Shown here in pieces: positions 19,910 through 28,944 of a stretch of 64,000 bases of DNA. The stretch is taken from NCBI GenBank assembly GCA_964400475.1, contig CAYNTH010000001.1:819-64818 (forward strand), given 5' to 3'. A model generated the notes under the pieces. The model searched no databases and was not told where the DNA came from. It worked only from the letters and a program-made list of their open reading frames with translations. Position 1 is the first letter of the stretch, and every line of letters begins with the position of its first letter. The stretch comes from an uncultured archaeon (GTDB lineage: Archaea; Aenigmatarchaeota; Aenigmatarchaeia; CG10238-14; SCSR01). The position numbers and the translations under genes are program-made.

Positions 19910-21088
19910 ATGGATCGAGGGGACATATATCAAATTAAGATTAATCGCCTATCCGAATGGATGAAAACTGGGAGGGCGGGTCCTGTAAAAATTGACATAG
20001 AACCTACAAATACATGCAATCTCAATTGTAAATTTTGTTGGACTCAGTCTAGGGACAGACTGAACAATTGTCAGTATGATGAAATACTTACTGCTGAGAG
20101 GATACTTTCGATTATCGATGAAGCAGCTGAACTTGGAGTCGTTGAATGGCAGATAGCGGGTGGATGGGAACCAACCGTTAATCGAGATCTTCTAATAGAA
20201 ATGGCCAAACGTATAAAATCGTATGGGATGTATGGGTGTATAACGACCAATGGGACACTTTTCACAGACGAGATGATCGAAACTTTTGTTAGCATAGGCT
20301 GGGATGAAATATTATTTAGTTTAGAGGGAGCTAATCCAGAGACTCACGATTACTTAACCGGTATTAACGGTTCATTCTATAAATCAACGAGTGCAATGGA
20401 AACTTTCAAAAAAGTAAAAGAAAAATACGGTAAATCAACTCCAAATTATAGTTTTCATGCAGTTTTGACTAATAAGAATTATAAGCAACTTGAGGAGATG
20501 ATTCGGTTAGGTAAAAAGATTGGATGTACTGGGGTAAATTTTGAGCCATTGACTGTTTGGTCGGATATTGGTAAGAACTTGAAGCTAAATGAGAATGAAA
20601 TGGAAGATGTTAAGAAATACGCCAGGGATGCAATAAAAACTGCAAAAAAATTGGGAATCCATACAACTGCAGAAAATTTATTGGACACAAAACTGGTTAA
20701 AAAGGATCACATGGATGAAATTCTGATAAACGAGTTTTCGAATATGAAAAAGGACAAGGATTCTGATTCAATTTTGAATTCACCATGTTTCGAACCTTGG
20801 CTGAGTTTAGAGATTAGAGTTAACGGGAGGGTCGCTCCTTGTAGGATATGTGATTTCGATTCTAACTGCGAAACAGTTCAAAATAAATCCTTGAAGGATG
20901 TATGGGAAGGCGAATATTTTCAAAATTTGAGGAAAAAAATGGTGAGTGGACACATGCCGAAATTCTGTACTGATTGTGCAGCGGGTAATGTTGTGACTAA
21001 TTTGAAAATGAAGCGTGATATAATAGAGAATAATAAGGTGTTTTCTATCAGTAAGATTAAAAATATGGTGAGAGCTTTTTATGGATAA
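19910..21088 (+). CDS. Radical SAM enzyme with SPASM/Twitch-type tail, array paralog 8
   Basis: EPTNTCNLNCKFCW, IAGGWEPT, TTNGTL, SLEGANPETHDYLTG. Tail: PCFEPWLSLEIRVNGRVAPC...FCTDC. Confidence 0.9.
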   Translation: MDRGDIYQIKINRLSEWMKTGRAGPVKIDIEPTNTCNLNCKFCWTQSRDRLNNCQYDEILTAERILSIIDEAAELGVVEWQIAGGWEPTVNRDLLIEMAKRIKSYGMYGCITTNGTLFTDEMIETFVSIGWDEILFSLEGANPETHDYLTGINGSFYKSTSAMETFKKVKEKYGKSTPNYSFHAVLTNKNYKQLEEMIRLGKKIGCTGVNFEPLTVWSDIGKNLKLNENEMEDVKKYARDAIKTAKKLGIHTTAENLLDTKLVKKDHMDEILINEFSNMKKDKDSDSILNSPCFEPWLSLEIRVNGRVAPCRICDFDSNCETVQNKSLKDVWEGEYFQNLRKKMVSGHMPKFCTDCAAGNVVTNLKMKRDIIENNKVFSISKIKNMVRAFYG

Positions 21089-22232
21089 TCATGAACTTGA
21101 AAAATGTGAGAGGATAATTACCCAGCTAAATGGCAATTCCGCACCGCCATTTAAAATAGATTTAGAACTACACCGAAGATGTAATTTGAATTGTTTAAGT
21201 TGTTCCAGACGCTCGGCCCAAAATTATGGTAGTATAAATGAATATTCAGAAAAGGTCGAAATGTCAACGGAAAGATGGTTGGATATAGTTGATGAAGCTG
21301 GTAAGATTGGTGTAAAGGAATGGCATATAGCTGGTGGAGGGGAGCCAATGTTTCTCCCAGACAGAGCAATTCCCATCATGGATATGATTAAAAAATATGC
21401 GATGTATGGGATAATAACCACAAATGGGACCTTATGGGACGAAGAAAAGATTGAGAAATTGGTTAAAATCGGGTGGGATAGGATACATTTCAGCATAGAT
21501 GCACCTGATGCCGAGACCCACGACTATCTGAGGGGTATGGACGGTGCATTCGATAAAGCCGTTAATACCATAAAAGTTTTCAATAAATTCAAGAAAAAAT
21601 ATAATTCCGAAAAACCTATGATGAATACTAATACTGTTTTATCAGTTGAAAATTACAAAAAAATGCCGGAAATGGTGGAATTTGTTCATAGTATTGGTAT
21701 TGAGTATATGTTCATTGAACCATTGATTGTTTATTCTGACTTGGGCAGGGAACTCAAATTAAATAAATCCCATATAGCTGAGTTTTCTGTGTATTTAGAG
21801 CGCGCCAAAAAATTAGCCGATAAATATGGATTGTCAAATAATTTTTCTGGCATTGACCAAAATTTGACCAAAGATCTTATTGATAAGAGCAGTAGAATGG
21901 ATGAGGTTGTTGAGGAAGATACTAAAGAGGCACTTAATTTAGACACCGATAACGATTTTTTGAAAAAAATCTTGTCAATTCCTTGTTATAAGCCATGGTG
22001 GCATATGACAATTAAATGCGATGGTAGAGTAACTTCTTGTGATGTTCCGATTAAAGGCGGTGATAATCTCACTGATAAAAGTTTGAAGGATGTATGGGAA
22101 GGCGAATATTTTCAAAATTTGAGGAACGGATTGTTGAAAAGTAATATACCTGAATTTTGTGGCCAATGCAATCCGAGTCATACTACTCAAAGGCGTAGAA
22201 TGAGAAAAGATATTATGGATATCTTGAGTTGA
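21081..22232 (+). CDS. Radical SAM enzyme with SPASM/Twitch-type tail, array paralog 9 (ELHRRCNL subfamily)
   Basis: ELHRRCNLNCLSCS, IAGGGEPM, TTNGTL, SIDAPDAETHDYLRGMDGAFDKA. Tail: PCYKPWWHMTIKCDGRVTSC...FCGQC. Confidence 0.9.
   Translation: MDNHELEKCERIITQLNGNSAPPFKIDLELHRRCNLNCLSCSRRSAQNYGSINEYSEKVEMSTERWLDIVDEAGKIGVKEWHIAGGGEPMFLPDRAIPIMDMIKKYAMYGIITTNGTLWDEEKIEKLVKIGWDRIHFSIDAPDAETHDYLRGMDGAFDKAVNTIKVFNKFKKKYNSEKPMMNTNTVLSVENYKKMPEMVEFVHSIGIEYMFIEPLIVYSDLGRELKLNKSHIAEFSVYLERAKKLADKYGLSNNFSGIDQNLTKDLIDKSSRMDEVVEEDTKEALNLDTDNDFLKKILSIPCYKPWWHMTIKCDGRVTSCDVPIKGGDNLTDKSLKDVWEGEYFQNLRNGLLKSNIPEFCGQCNPSHTTQRRRMRKDIMDILS
21401..21559. repeat. 159-bp perfect identity tract shared by paralogs 9 and 11 (partner 24185-24343); its 3' 65 bp also occur in paralog 7 (19206-19270)
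   Basis: gatgtatgggataataaccacaaatggg...ggacggtgcattcgataaagc was checked by eye and is identical. It encodes MYGIITTNGTLWDEEKIEKLVKIGWDRIHFSIDAPDAETHDYLRGMDGAFDKA. Confidence 0.9.
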
Positions 22233-22271
22233 TGTAAGATAAAATCTAATTTATAAATATTCCAGAGATAG

Positions 22272-23462
22272 TTGAATTTAATCAGGGGTAATGAAATGGA
22301 TTTATACGATGAACGTGTCAGTAGACTTGTTAAATGGGCGAATGGTGGTAAAGCGGGGCCTGTAAGCATAGAATTAGTACCTACGGATAAGTGTAATCTT
22401 AATTGTTTAAGTTGTTGGAGGCAGGGATGGAACAAAGAAAAACTTGAAAAGAGATATTCGAAAGAAATGTCTGATGAGAGGCTCCTTAAACTTATTGATG
22501 AAGCTGCTGATTTAGATGTTAAAGAGATAGCATTTGTTGGAGGAGGGGAACCATTTTGCAGGGATATTACTCCTGAATTAATTAAGAAAATTAAGAAATA
22601 TGGGATGGAATGTGATATTGTTACGAATGGTGCACTCCTTGATAAAGAATTAATAGATATGATGATTAGAATCGGAGTTGACCGAATAAAGTTCAGTGTA
22701 GATGGTGTAAATTCAGAAACCCACGATTATCTCAGAGGTGTTGATGGAACTTTCAATAAAGTAATTGAAAATATAAAACATTTTTCCCTTCTTAAAGAAG
22801 AATTGGGCGCAGAAAGACCAAGATTGTTATTTAATACTGTTATATCTAGCAGAAATTATGAGCAACTTCCCGATATTGTTAAAATGGGTAATGACATAGG
22901 GTTAAACGGTATATGGCTTTTACCTTTGACGGTTTTCGATGATTCTGCTAAAAATCTTAAATTAACACATGAACAAACTTTGGAATTCAAAACAATTCTG
23001 GATAGGTCCATTAAGCTGTCTAAAGAATTTGGCATGAATAATAATTTTGAAAATTTTGTTGACACGAAATATATGGAAAAAACAGAAAGCATGGACGAAG
23101 TGATGATGGAAGAAGCCCCCAAAGGTAATAACTTAGATGATATTATATCAAATGAATATCCGAAGTCAAGAAACCCGTTGAAAAATTTTCAACTCTTACC
23201 TTGTTATATTCCCTGGCATCATATAACTATTATTCCAAATGGTAATATAGCACCGTGTTTCAGTCCCTGGGTTTGGGATACGAAAACGTCTATTAAAGAT
23301 AATTCTTTGGAAGAACTTTGGTATGGGGGATATTTTGATAAATTTAGGGACATTATGTTAAGTAGAAAATTACCAGATAATTGTAAGAGATGTTGTGTTT
23401 GGGAAGTGTTCAATAATAAAAAAATTAGAAAAGGTATAAAAAAATTTATGAAATCTGGATGA
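22272..23462 (+). CDS. Radical SAM enzyme with SPASM/Twitch-type tail, array paralog 10
   Basis: VPTDKCNLNCLSCW, FVGGGEPF, VTNGAL, SVDGVNSETHDYLRG. Tail: PCYIPWHHITIIPNGNIAPC...NCKRCC. The start may be ATG 22296. Confidence 0.9.
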   Translation: MNLIRGNEMDLYDERVSRLVKWANGGKAGPVSIELVPTDKCNLNCLSCWRQGWNKEKLEKRYSKEMSDERLLKLIDEAADLDVKEIAFVGGGEPFCRDITPELIKKIKKYGMECDIVTNGALLDKELIDMMIRIGVDRIKFSVDGVNSETHDYLRGVDGTFNKVIENIKHFSLLKEELGAERPRLLFNTVISSRNYEQLPDIVKMGNDIGLNGIWLLPLTVFDDSAKNLKLTHEQTLEFKTILDRSIKLSKEFGMNNNFENFVDTKYMEKTESMDEVMMEEAPKGNNLDDIISNEYPKSRNPLKNFQLLPCYIPWHHITIIPNGNIAPCFSPWVWDTKTSIKDNSLEELWYGGYFDKFRDIMLSRKLPDNCKRCCVWEVFNNKKIRKGIKKFMKSG

Positions 23463-23484
23463 ATTTTAGGAGTTGATAAATAAT

Positions 23485-23829
23485 ATGGATGATAATATTA
23501 CAAAAGAAGTTTTAGAAGAATTTGAAAATAACTTTAAACAAGAGACCGAGGAGAATTCCATTAAAGATCCAATGATAGATGAAAATCCATTAACGCACAA
23601 TGAAAACGACGATCAAACAGAAGATTTAGGTAACAAATACAGGAAAGTTATTGAGGAAAATGAATTGTTAAAAATACAGCTTAAATCCAGGCAAAAAGAA
23701 ATTGATGATTTAAGAGCTGAATTAGACGATATTCACAATTCAATTAGTTATAGATTGGGTAGAAGATTTGCTGAAACTAGTTTGGGTGGAATTATTAAGA
23801 AGATTCTTCATAAGTATTTTTTTAGATAG
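23485..23829 (+). CDS. Small acidic coiled-coil protein with an NSISYRLG tail motif
   Basis: Acidic N-terminus, then the heptad-like ENELLKIQLKSRQKEIDDLRAELDDIH, then NSISYRLGRRFAETSLGGIIKKI. No Cys. The track start is TTG 23473. Confidence 0.55.
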   Translation: MDDNITKEVLEEFENNFKQETEENSIKDPMIDENPLTHNENDDQTEDLGNKYRKVIEENELLKIQLKSRQKEIDDLRAELDDIHNSISYRLGRRFAETSLGGIIKKILHKYFFR

Positions 23830-23843
23830 TTTTGTTTTAGAAG

Positions 23844-25016
23844 TTGGTATGTTTGAGAGATTTTAGTAAGGAAGAGATGATCAATAAAGAAAGGATACGT
23901 CGTTTAGTTAATTGGTATTATGGTAAGAATGAGGGGCCTATACACATTGATGCCGAACTACACAAAAGATGTAATCTCAGTTGTCGTTTTTGTCCGAGGA
24001 GCGCATCTGATTATGATTTGAATTTAGAATCTAAAACCAAGGAGTTACCAGTTGAGCGATGGATTGGTATTGTTGAAGAAGCTGCCGATTTGGGTGTCAT
24101 GGTTTTCAATTTGGAAGGAGCAAATGAACCAATATTTGTTCCAGAATTAGCCTTTCCCGTTATAGAGAAGATAAAAGATTTGGAGATGTATGGGATAATA
24201 ACCACAAATGGGACCTTATGGGACGAAGAAAAGATTGAGAAATTGGTTAAAATCGGGTGGGATAGGATACATTTCAGCATAGATGCACCTGATGCCGAGA
24301 CCCACGACTATCTGAGGGGTATGGACGGTGCATTCGATAAAGCGATAAAAAATATCAGAATTTTGAATAAATATAAGGAACGTGAAGGTTCTGATTTTCC
24401 GATGTTGAATATGAATATAATGATTTGTAATAAAAATTTCCGGAAACTTCCAGATATGGTCGAATTGGCTAATAAGTTAAATGTGGATTATATTTTTGTT
24501 GAACCTTTAATGATATTTTCTGAAATAGGTAGGGAACTTAAGATAAATAATAATCATGTTGAGAATACTTTGCCAGAATATATAAGAACTGCTAAAAATT
24601 TAGCAGAAAAATACTTCATTGATAATAATTTTTCAACTCAGGACAAAAATCTTGATGAGGATTTAGTTACAGAAGTCGATAAGAAGAAAGTCCTTATAAG
24701 TGATGTTAAACGCTTTAGTAATGATGGTTTATTATCTTCTCCTTGTTTCAAACCTTGGTCCAGAATTGCTATAAAATATGACGGATTAATAGGGCATTGT
24801 GGTTTGATTCAAGACGGTGAAAATATTATGGAAAAAAGTTTGAAGGAGTTTTGGTATGGTCAATGGTTAAATGATATAAGAAAAAAAATGAAAAATGGTC
24901 AATTATTAAAGCATTGTTCCAATTGCATACCAAGCGATATAACTCAGAGAAGACGGTTTAGAAAGAAAATCATTGAATCCCTGAGATCTGATAAAATAGA
25001 TTCTAAGCAAATTTAG
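23844..25016 (+). CDS. Radical SAM enzyme with SPASM/Twitch-type tail, array paralog 11 (ELHKRCNL subfamily, degenerate GGEP)
   Basis: ELHKRCNLSCRFCP; the GGEP position reads LEGANEPI; TTNGTL; SIDAPDAETHDYLRGMDGAFDKA. Tail: PCFKPWSRIAIKYDGLIGHC...HCSNC. Confidence 0.85.
   Translation: MVCLRDFSKEEMINKERIRRLVNWYYGKNEGPIHIDAELHKRCNLSCRFCPRSASDYDLNLESKTKELPVERWIGIVEEAADLGVMVFNLEGANEPIFVPELAFPVIEKIKDLEMYGIITTNGTLWDEEKIEKLVKIGWDRIHFSIDAPDAETHDYLRGMDGAFDKAIKNIRILNKYKEREGSDFPMLNMNIMICNKNFRKLPDMVELANKLNVDYIFVEPLMIFSEIGRELKINNNHVENTLPEYIRTAKNLAEKYFIDNNFSTQDKNLDEDLVTEVDKKKVLISDVKRFSNDGLLSSPCFKPWSRIAIKYDGLIGHCGLIQDGENIMEKSLKEFWYGQWLNDIRKKMKNGQLLKHCSNCIPSDITQRRRFRKKIIESLRSDKIDSKQI
24185..24343. repeat. 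159-bp perfect identity tract (partner 21401-21559)
   Basis: See the partner entry. Confidence 0.9.
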
Positions 25017-25024
25017 GTGTTTAT

Positions 25025-26164
25025 ATGAATAAATACGAATTAACGAAAAAATTTGGAAAAATGGGTCATATATATCATAGTTTAATGCAATGGAATAAGA
25101 ACAACAACGGATACCCGACTCAGGCGCAGATTCATTTAACAAATTTTTGTAATTTAAAATGCTTTTTCTGCCCGACCAGAACTCTTTTAGGTGGTAATTT
25201 AAAAAAAGAAGACGAATTAACGACGAATCAGTGGTTATCTATAATTGATGAAGCAAATGAAATGGGTGTTGATGAATGGCACATATGTGGAGGAGGGGAG
25301 CCACTTTTTTTTAAGGATAGATTTTCGGCTGTTATAGAGAAAATAAAAAAATCTGGAAAAAGGGGAGAATTAATTACTAATGGTGTTTTATTCGATAATC
25401 GACTTATTGAAAAAATGGTCGAACTTAGTTGGGATAAAATAACCTTCAGTTTAGATTCTCCTTTATCGGAAATACAAAACGAATTGAGAGGTAAAGACTG
25501 TTTTGAAGATATTGTGAAAAATATCAAGTATTTTTCTAAAGTTAAGAAGGCGAGAGAAACGAATTATCCAGTATTATGCATACATTCAGTAATATGTAAT
25601 AAAAATTATAAACAGATTACTGAATTAATCGAATTAGCAAAAGAGATAGGAGTAGATGAAGTTCTGTTAAATGCACTGAATATATGGTCATCTGAAATAG
25701 AAAAACTTAAATTGACTGATGATCAGGAAAAAGAATTGATACCGATATTGGATAATGCTCGTAGACTGGCTGATGATTTAGATATAAGTACAAATATAGA
25801 GGAGTTCTTGAAATCAGAACTATTCAAAAAGGCAAATATCATGGATAAGGTAATGAAAAATGAAACCAAAAATCAAAATGACAGTAGCACGGACAACATT
25901 CTCAACGTCCCATGTTATTATCCGTGGTATAATCTTTCAATTTTTCCAGACGGTACAGTTCAGCCCTGTTTTATTCCTCAAGGGACGGGTGAACAGATTA
26001 AGGACAAGAAATTAAAAGAAATCTGGTTCGGAAGAGTATTCTCAGATTTTCGGAATCAAATGAAAAAAGGTAATGTAAGTAAATATTGTGAGAAGTGCAA
26101 TCCTTGGAACCTGGAGAAAATGTCTGAAATACGTGAAAATCTCAGGAAAGAATTAGACCATTGA
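25025..26164 (+). CDS. Radical SAM enzyme with SPASM/Twitch-type tail, array paralog 12
   Basis: HLTNFCNLKCFFCP, ICGGGEPL, ITNGVL, SLDSPLSEIQNELRG. Tail: PCYYPWYNLSIFPDGTVQPC...YCEKC. Confidence 0.9.
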   Translation: MNKYELTKKFGKMGHIYHSLMQWNKNNNGYPTQAQIHLTNFCNLKCFFCPTRTLLGGNLKKEDELTTNQWLSIIDEANEMGVDEWHICGGGEPLFFKDRFSAVIEKIKKSGKRGELITNGVLFDNRLIEKMVELSWDKITFSLDSPLSEIQNELRGKDCFEDIVKNIKYFSKVKKARETNYPVLCIHSVICNKNYKQITELIELAKEIGVDEVLLNALNIWSSEIEKLKLTDDQEKELIPILDNARRLADDLDISTNIEEFLKSELFKKANIMDKVMKNETKNQNDSSTDNILNVPCYYPWYNLSIFPDGTVQPCFIPQGTGEQIKDKKLKEIWFGRVFSDFRNQMKKGNVSKYCEKCNPWNLEKMSEIRENLRKELDH

Positions 26165-27289
26165 TTTAAGATTTTTCCTTATGTCTCTATTATTTACATA
26201 TTGGGAAAGTACACATGTTTTACAATCATCTGGGATTTTTTTATTAAGGAAGTTTTGTCTCATTTTATTGAATATTTTACCGTACCATATCTCTCTTAAA
26301 TTGTTTTTCTTCAAATTGTCCTGAAAACTCTCCATCATGCAACAGCAACTAACATCGCCGTTAGGTTTGATAAGTAGATGGAGAAATGGTTGATAACATG
26401 GTGAAAAAATAATATTATCGTTGGGTGAAGAATCTATCCTTTTCATGATTTTATTGTTCATATCATTGCTGCTTTCTATACCTTCTTTTCTGATATCTTC
26501 TAAATTTGTGTTTATTGATAAATTGTTTGAAAGTGATATTAATTCTTTGATAGAATTTTGTAATTTTCTAGATTCAGAATCATTCAATTTTAATTTTTCT
26601 ATAGTTTCATCATATGCTATTAGCGGAATAAATGTTATATCTTCACAGCCAACATCATCTGCAAGTTTGATAATGTCTTCTATTTTTTCATAGTTCCTAT
26701 TGGTAATCACTGTATTGAACACAATCTTCGGTACTTCTTTATTTAGTTTTTCTTTCAACATCTGAATTTTTTTGAGATTTTTGTAGGTTCTTTCAAACGC
26801 CCCTTTGACACCCCTTATATAATCATGTGTTTCAGCATCCGGCCCATCTATACTGAACATAATCATATTCCAGTCAATATTTACAATTTTTCTGATATCG
26901 TTTTCAGATAATAATGATCCATTAGTATTCAAGTTTCCAAATAATTCATTTTTCTTGATTTTTTGCATGATTTCTAAAGTTATTTCTTTTCGTACAAATG
27001 GTTCTCCTCCCCCGGTAATTAGAAATCTTTTTGCTCCCATTTCGATAGTTGTTTTGGTGATACTCATTAGTAATTCATCTGATAATTCATTGTTGGATTC
27101 TTCTTCTGGATTATAAAATATTCCAGATTTTTCATCTTCTCTTCGTCTGGCCCAAGTGCCACACATTTTACATTTTAGATTACATCTGTTTGTCGGCCAA
27201 ATTTCTATAGAATACGGTCCAGGTCTTTCATTATTGGACCAATCCAACAATCTTTTAATTTTATTTTCCATTCGTTCTCCTTTGTACAT
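26153..27289 (-). CDS. Radical SAM enzyme with SPASM/Twitch-type tail, array paralog 13
   Basis: WPTNRCNLKCKMCG, ITGGGEPF, NTNGSL, SIDGPDAETHDYIRGVKGAFE. Tail: PCYQPFLHLLIKPNGDVSCCC...DCKTC. Converges on paralog 12 with a 12-nt overlap. Confidence 0.9.
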   Translation of the reverse strand: MYKGERMENKIKRLLDWSNNERPGPYSIEIWPTNRCNLKCKMCGTWARRREDEKSGIFYNPEEESNNELSDELLMSITKTTIEMGAKRFLITGGGEPFVRKEITLEIMQKIKKNELFGNLNTNGSLLSENDIRKIVNIDWNMIMFSIDGPDAETHDYIRGVKGAFERTYKNLKKIQMLKEKLNKEVPKIVFNTVITNRNYEKIEDIIKLADDVGCEDITFIPLIAYDETIEKLKLNDSESRKLQNSIKELISLSNNLSINTNLEDIRKEGIESSNDMNNKIMKRIDSSPNDNIIFSPCYQPFLHLLIKPNGDVSCCCMMESFQDNLKKNNLREIWYGKIFNKMRQNFLNKKIPDDCKTCVLSQYVNNRDIRKNLKSMV

Positions 27290-27294
27290 TATTT

Positions 27295-28881
27295 TTAATC
27301 ACTATTTATTTGGTAGAATTCTATCCCATGTTTTTCTTCTAATTTCTTAACATCAAAATTGTTCTCAATATTATCCCATTCTTCAATGGTAATCACGTTA
27401 CCTGTGTTTAATTTTTTTTCGGCTATACAATCCATTACATGTTTGTTAAGTATTACATAATCTAATTCTGGATAAATGTTAGTGCGGTTTTCATTGATTA
27501 TATATGTGTTTTCTCTATTTACAAACGCCAATGCCAATGTACCGTCTATACCAATGATCGAATTTTCAGGTATTTTTTCTTTTAAGTGAATGATATAATC
27601 CCATCTTTTATCATATTCTGTCGTATTTTTTTCATACTTTAGGAATGTCCCACCTTCTTTCATTATCTGCGAATTTGGTAGAGGGCAAAAATCAGAATAA
27701 TCTAGACCGTTTTCTTTTAGATGCATATTTGGATTGAGTGTATTCGTGTTGTGTAGGATTCTGGCGTAATTTAAAAAAAGCAAAAATATTATTAGGTATG
27801 TGATTATTTTTTGATTTCTAAATTTTGGAAATTTTTTCAATCTGCTGGACAATCTCTTAATAGCATATATGGAAGATACAAAGAATATTGGTATAAGTAT
27901 GGCATTGTTATTTGACCACAAATATATGTTCTTATCTCCAATGTATGCTAAATTTTCAACAATTTTTGGGATTGCGATTAGAAGTATGTCATATCCTATA
28001 ATTGGGAGAAACATGAAGATAGAGAAAATGTTTACCAAATAACTGGCGTTGTTCGTATTTTCCAAAAAAATATTTCTAATAGCAACTATTGGTAACATGA
28101 TTAGTTTGTATTTTGTTGCATCTTCTCCAAAATGTGTTCTAATTAAATCTTCGTAGTGATTGGGGAACACAGTATATCCTTTAAACATAACAAATGCATA
28201 CAGTAGAAGAATAACAATACCTCCGATTATTGGGTATATTGTCCATTTTTTGTTCTTTTCATTGTAGAAACAATAAATGCCGAAAAAAATTGCCAAAAGT
28301 GATATATTTTCTTTAGTGAGGAGAGAGAGTGTTAGAAATAAAATGAAATATCGGAAATTCTTTTTTTCGTAAAAATACCACATAAACAAGATAAATGGGA
28401 CTGCTTGGTATACCTCAAAATCTGGAGTTAATTTTAACTGCATTAATATTAATGGGTTTAATAAGAATCCCAGTCCCAAAAGAAACGCCAATTTTTTTGA
28501 GTTAAATTTAGTTTCGGCTATTTTGTAAATCGGTATTGATCCAATGGTCAACGTAATTCCGTGAAGAAAAAAATAAGTTCCCATTGTTGGATATATGCTA
28601 AAAATTATTGCACATAATATTGCCGTGAAGCTGAGATGTCCATATAAAATATTTGCCCCATACATTTCTGAAAAAGGTATAACCATCGTTATTTTTCTGG
28701 AAAAGTTAAAGAAGCTGTTCAATTCAAATCCAATATCTCTTGATCCAGATATAAATTTGTAATTCTTAAGCCAATATGATCGAGAGTATATACCGAAAAA
28801 CATTATTAATATTATTAAAATTGCCAAAAATTTATCAGAAGTTATCTGAGTTATGATTTTCGTAGCATTTTTTAATTTCAT
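27295..28881 (-). CDS. Polytopic membrane protein, DUF2079-like (putative GT-C-type), paralog of 45068-46624
   Basis: More than 10 hydrophobic segments. YGHLSFTAILCAIIFSIYP...LHGITLTIGSIPIYKIA and WYFYEKKNFRYFILFLTLSLLTKENISL are shared with the 45068 gene. It has a C-terminal soluble domain. The family call comes from pattern memory only. Confidence 0.5.
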   Translation of the reverse strand: MKLKNATKIITQITSDKFLAILIILIMFFGIYSRSYWLKNYKFISGSRDIGFELNSFFNFSRKITMVIPFSEMYGANILYGHLSFTAILCAIIFSIYPTMGTYFFLHGITLTIGSIPIYKIAETKFNSKKLAFLLGLGFLLNPLILMQLKLTPDFEVYQAVPFILFMWYFYEKKNFRYFILFLTLSLLTKENISLLAIFFGIYCFYNEKNKKWTIYPIIGGIVILLLYAFVMFKGYTVFPNHYEDLIRTHFGEDATKYKLIMLPIVAIRNIFLENTNNASYLVNIFSIFMFLPIIGYDILLIAIPKIVENLAYIGDKNIYLWSNNNAILIPIFFVSSIYAIKRLSSRLKKFPKFRNQKIITYLIIFLLFLNYARILHNTNTLNPNMHLKENGLDYSDFCPLPNSQIMKEGGTFLKYEKNTTEYDKRWDYIIHLKEKIPENSIIGIDGTLALAFVNRENTYIINENRTNIYPELDYVILNKHVMDCIAEKKLNTGNVITIEEWDNIENNFDVKKLEEKHGIEFYQINSD

Positions 28882-28944
28882 CTCTTTGCCCTCATATGGA
28901 ATTCATTGAATTTTTATATTATCCTCTTGTTGTTGCATTTTAAA

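Noticed and set aside
23485-23829. The small protein at 23485-23829, and the 125-aa ORF at 33973-34350, considered as RiPP precursor peptides for the rSAM enzymes.
   Set aside because: The first has no Cys and is an acidic, coiled-coil protein with a tail motif also found fused to an enzyme. The second has a single Cys and no leader/core-like organisation. Neither resembles known rSAM-modified precursors, so there is no sequence support.
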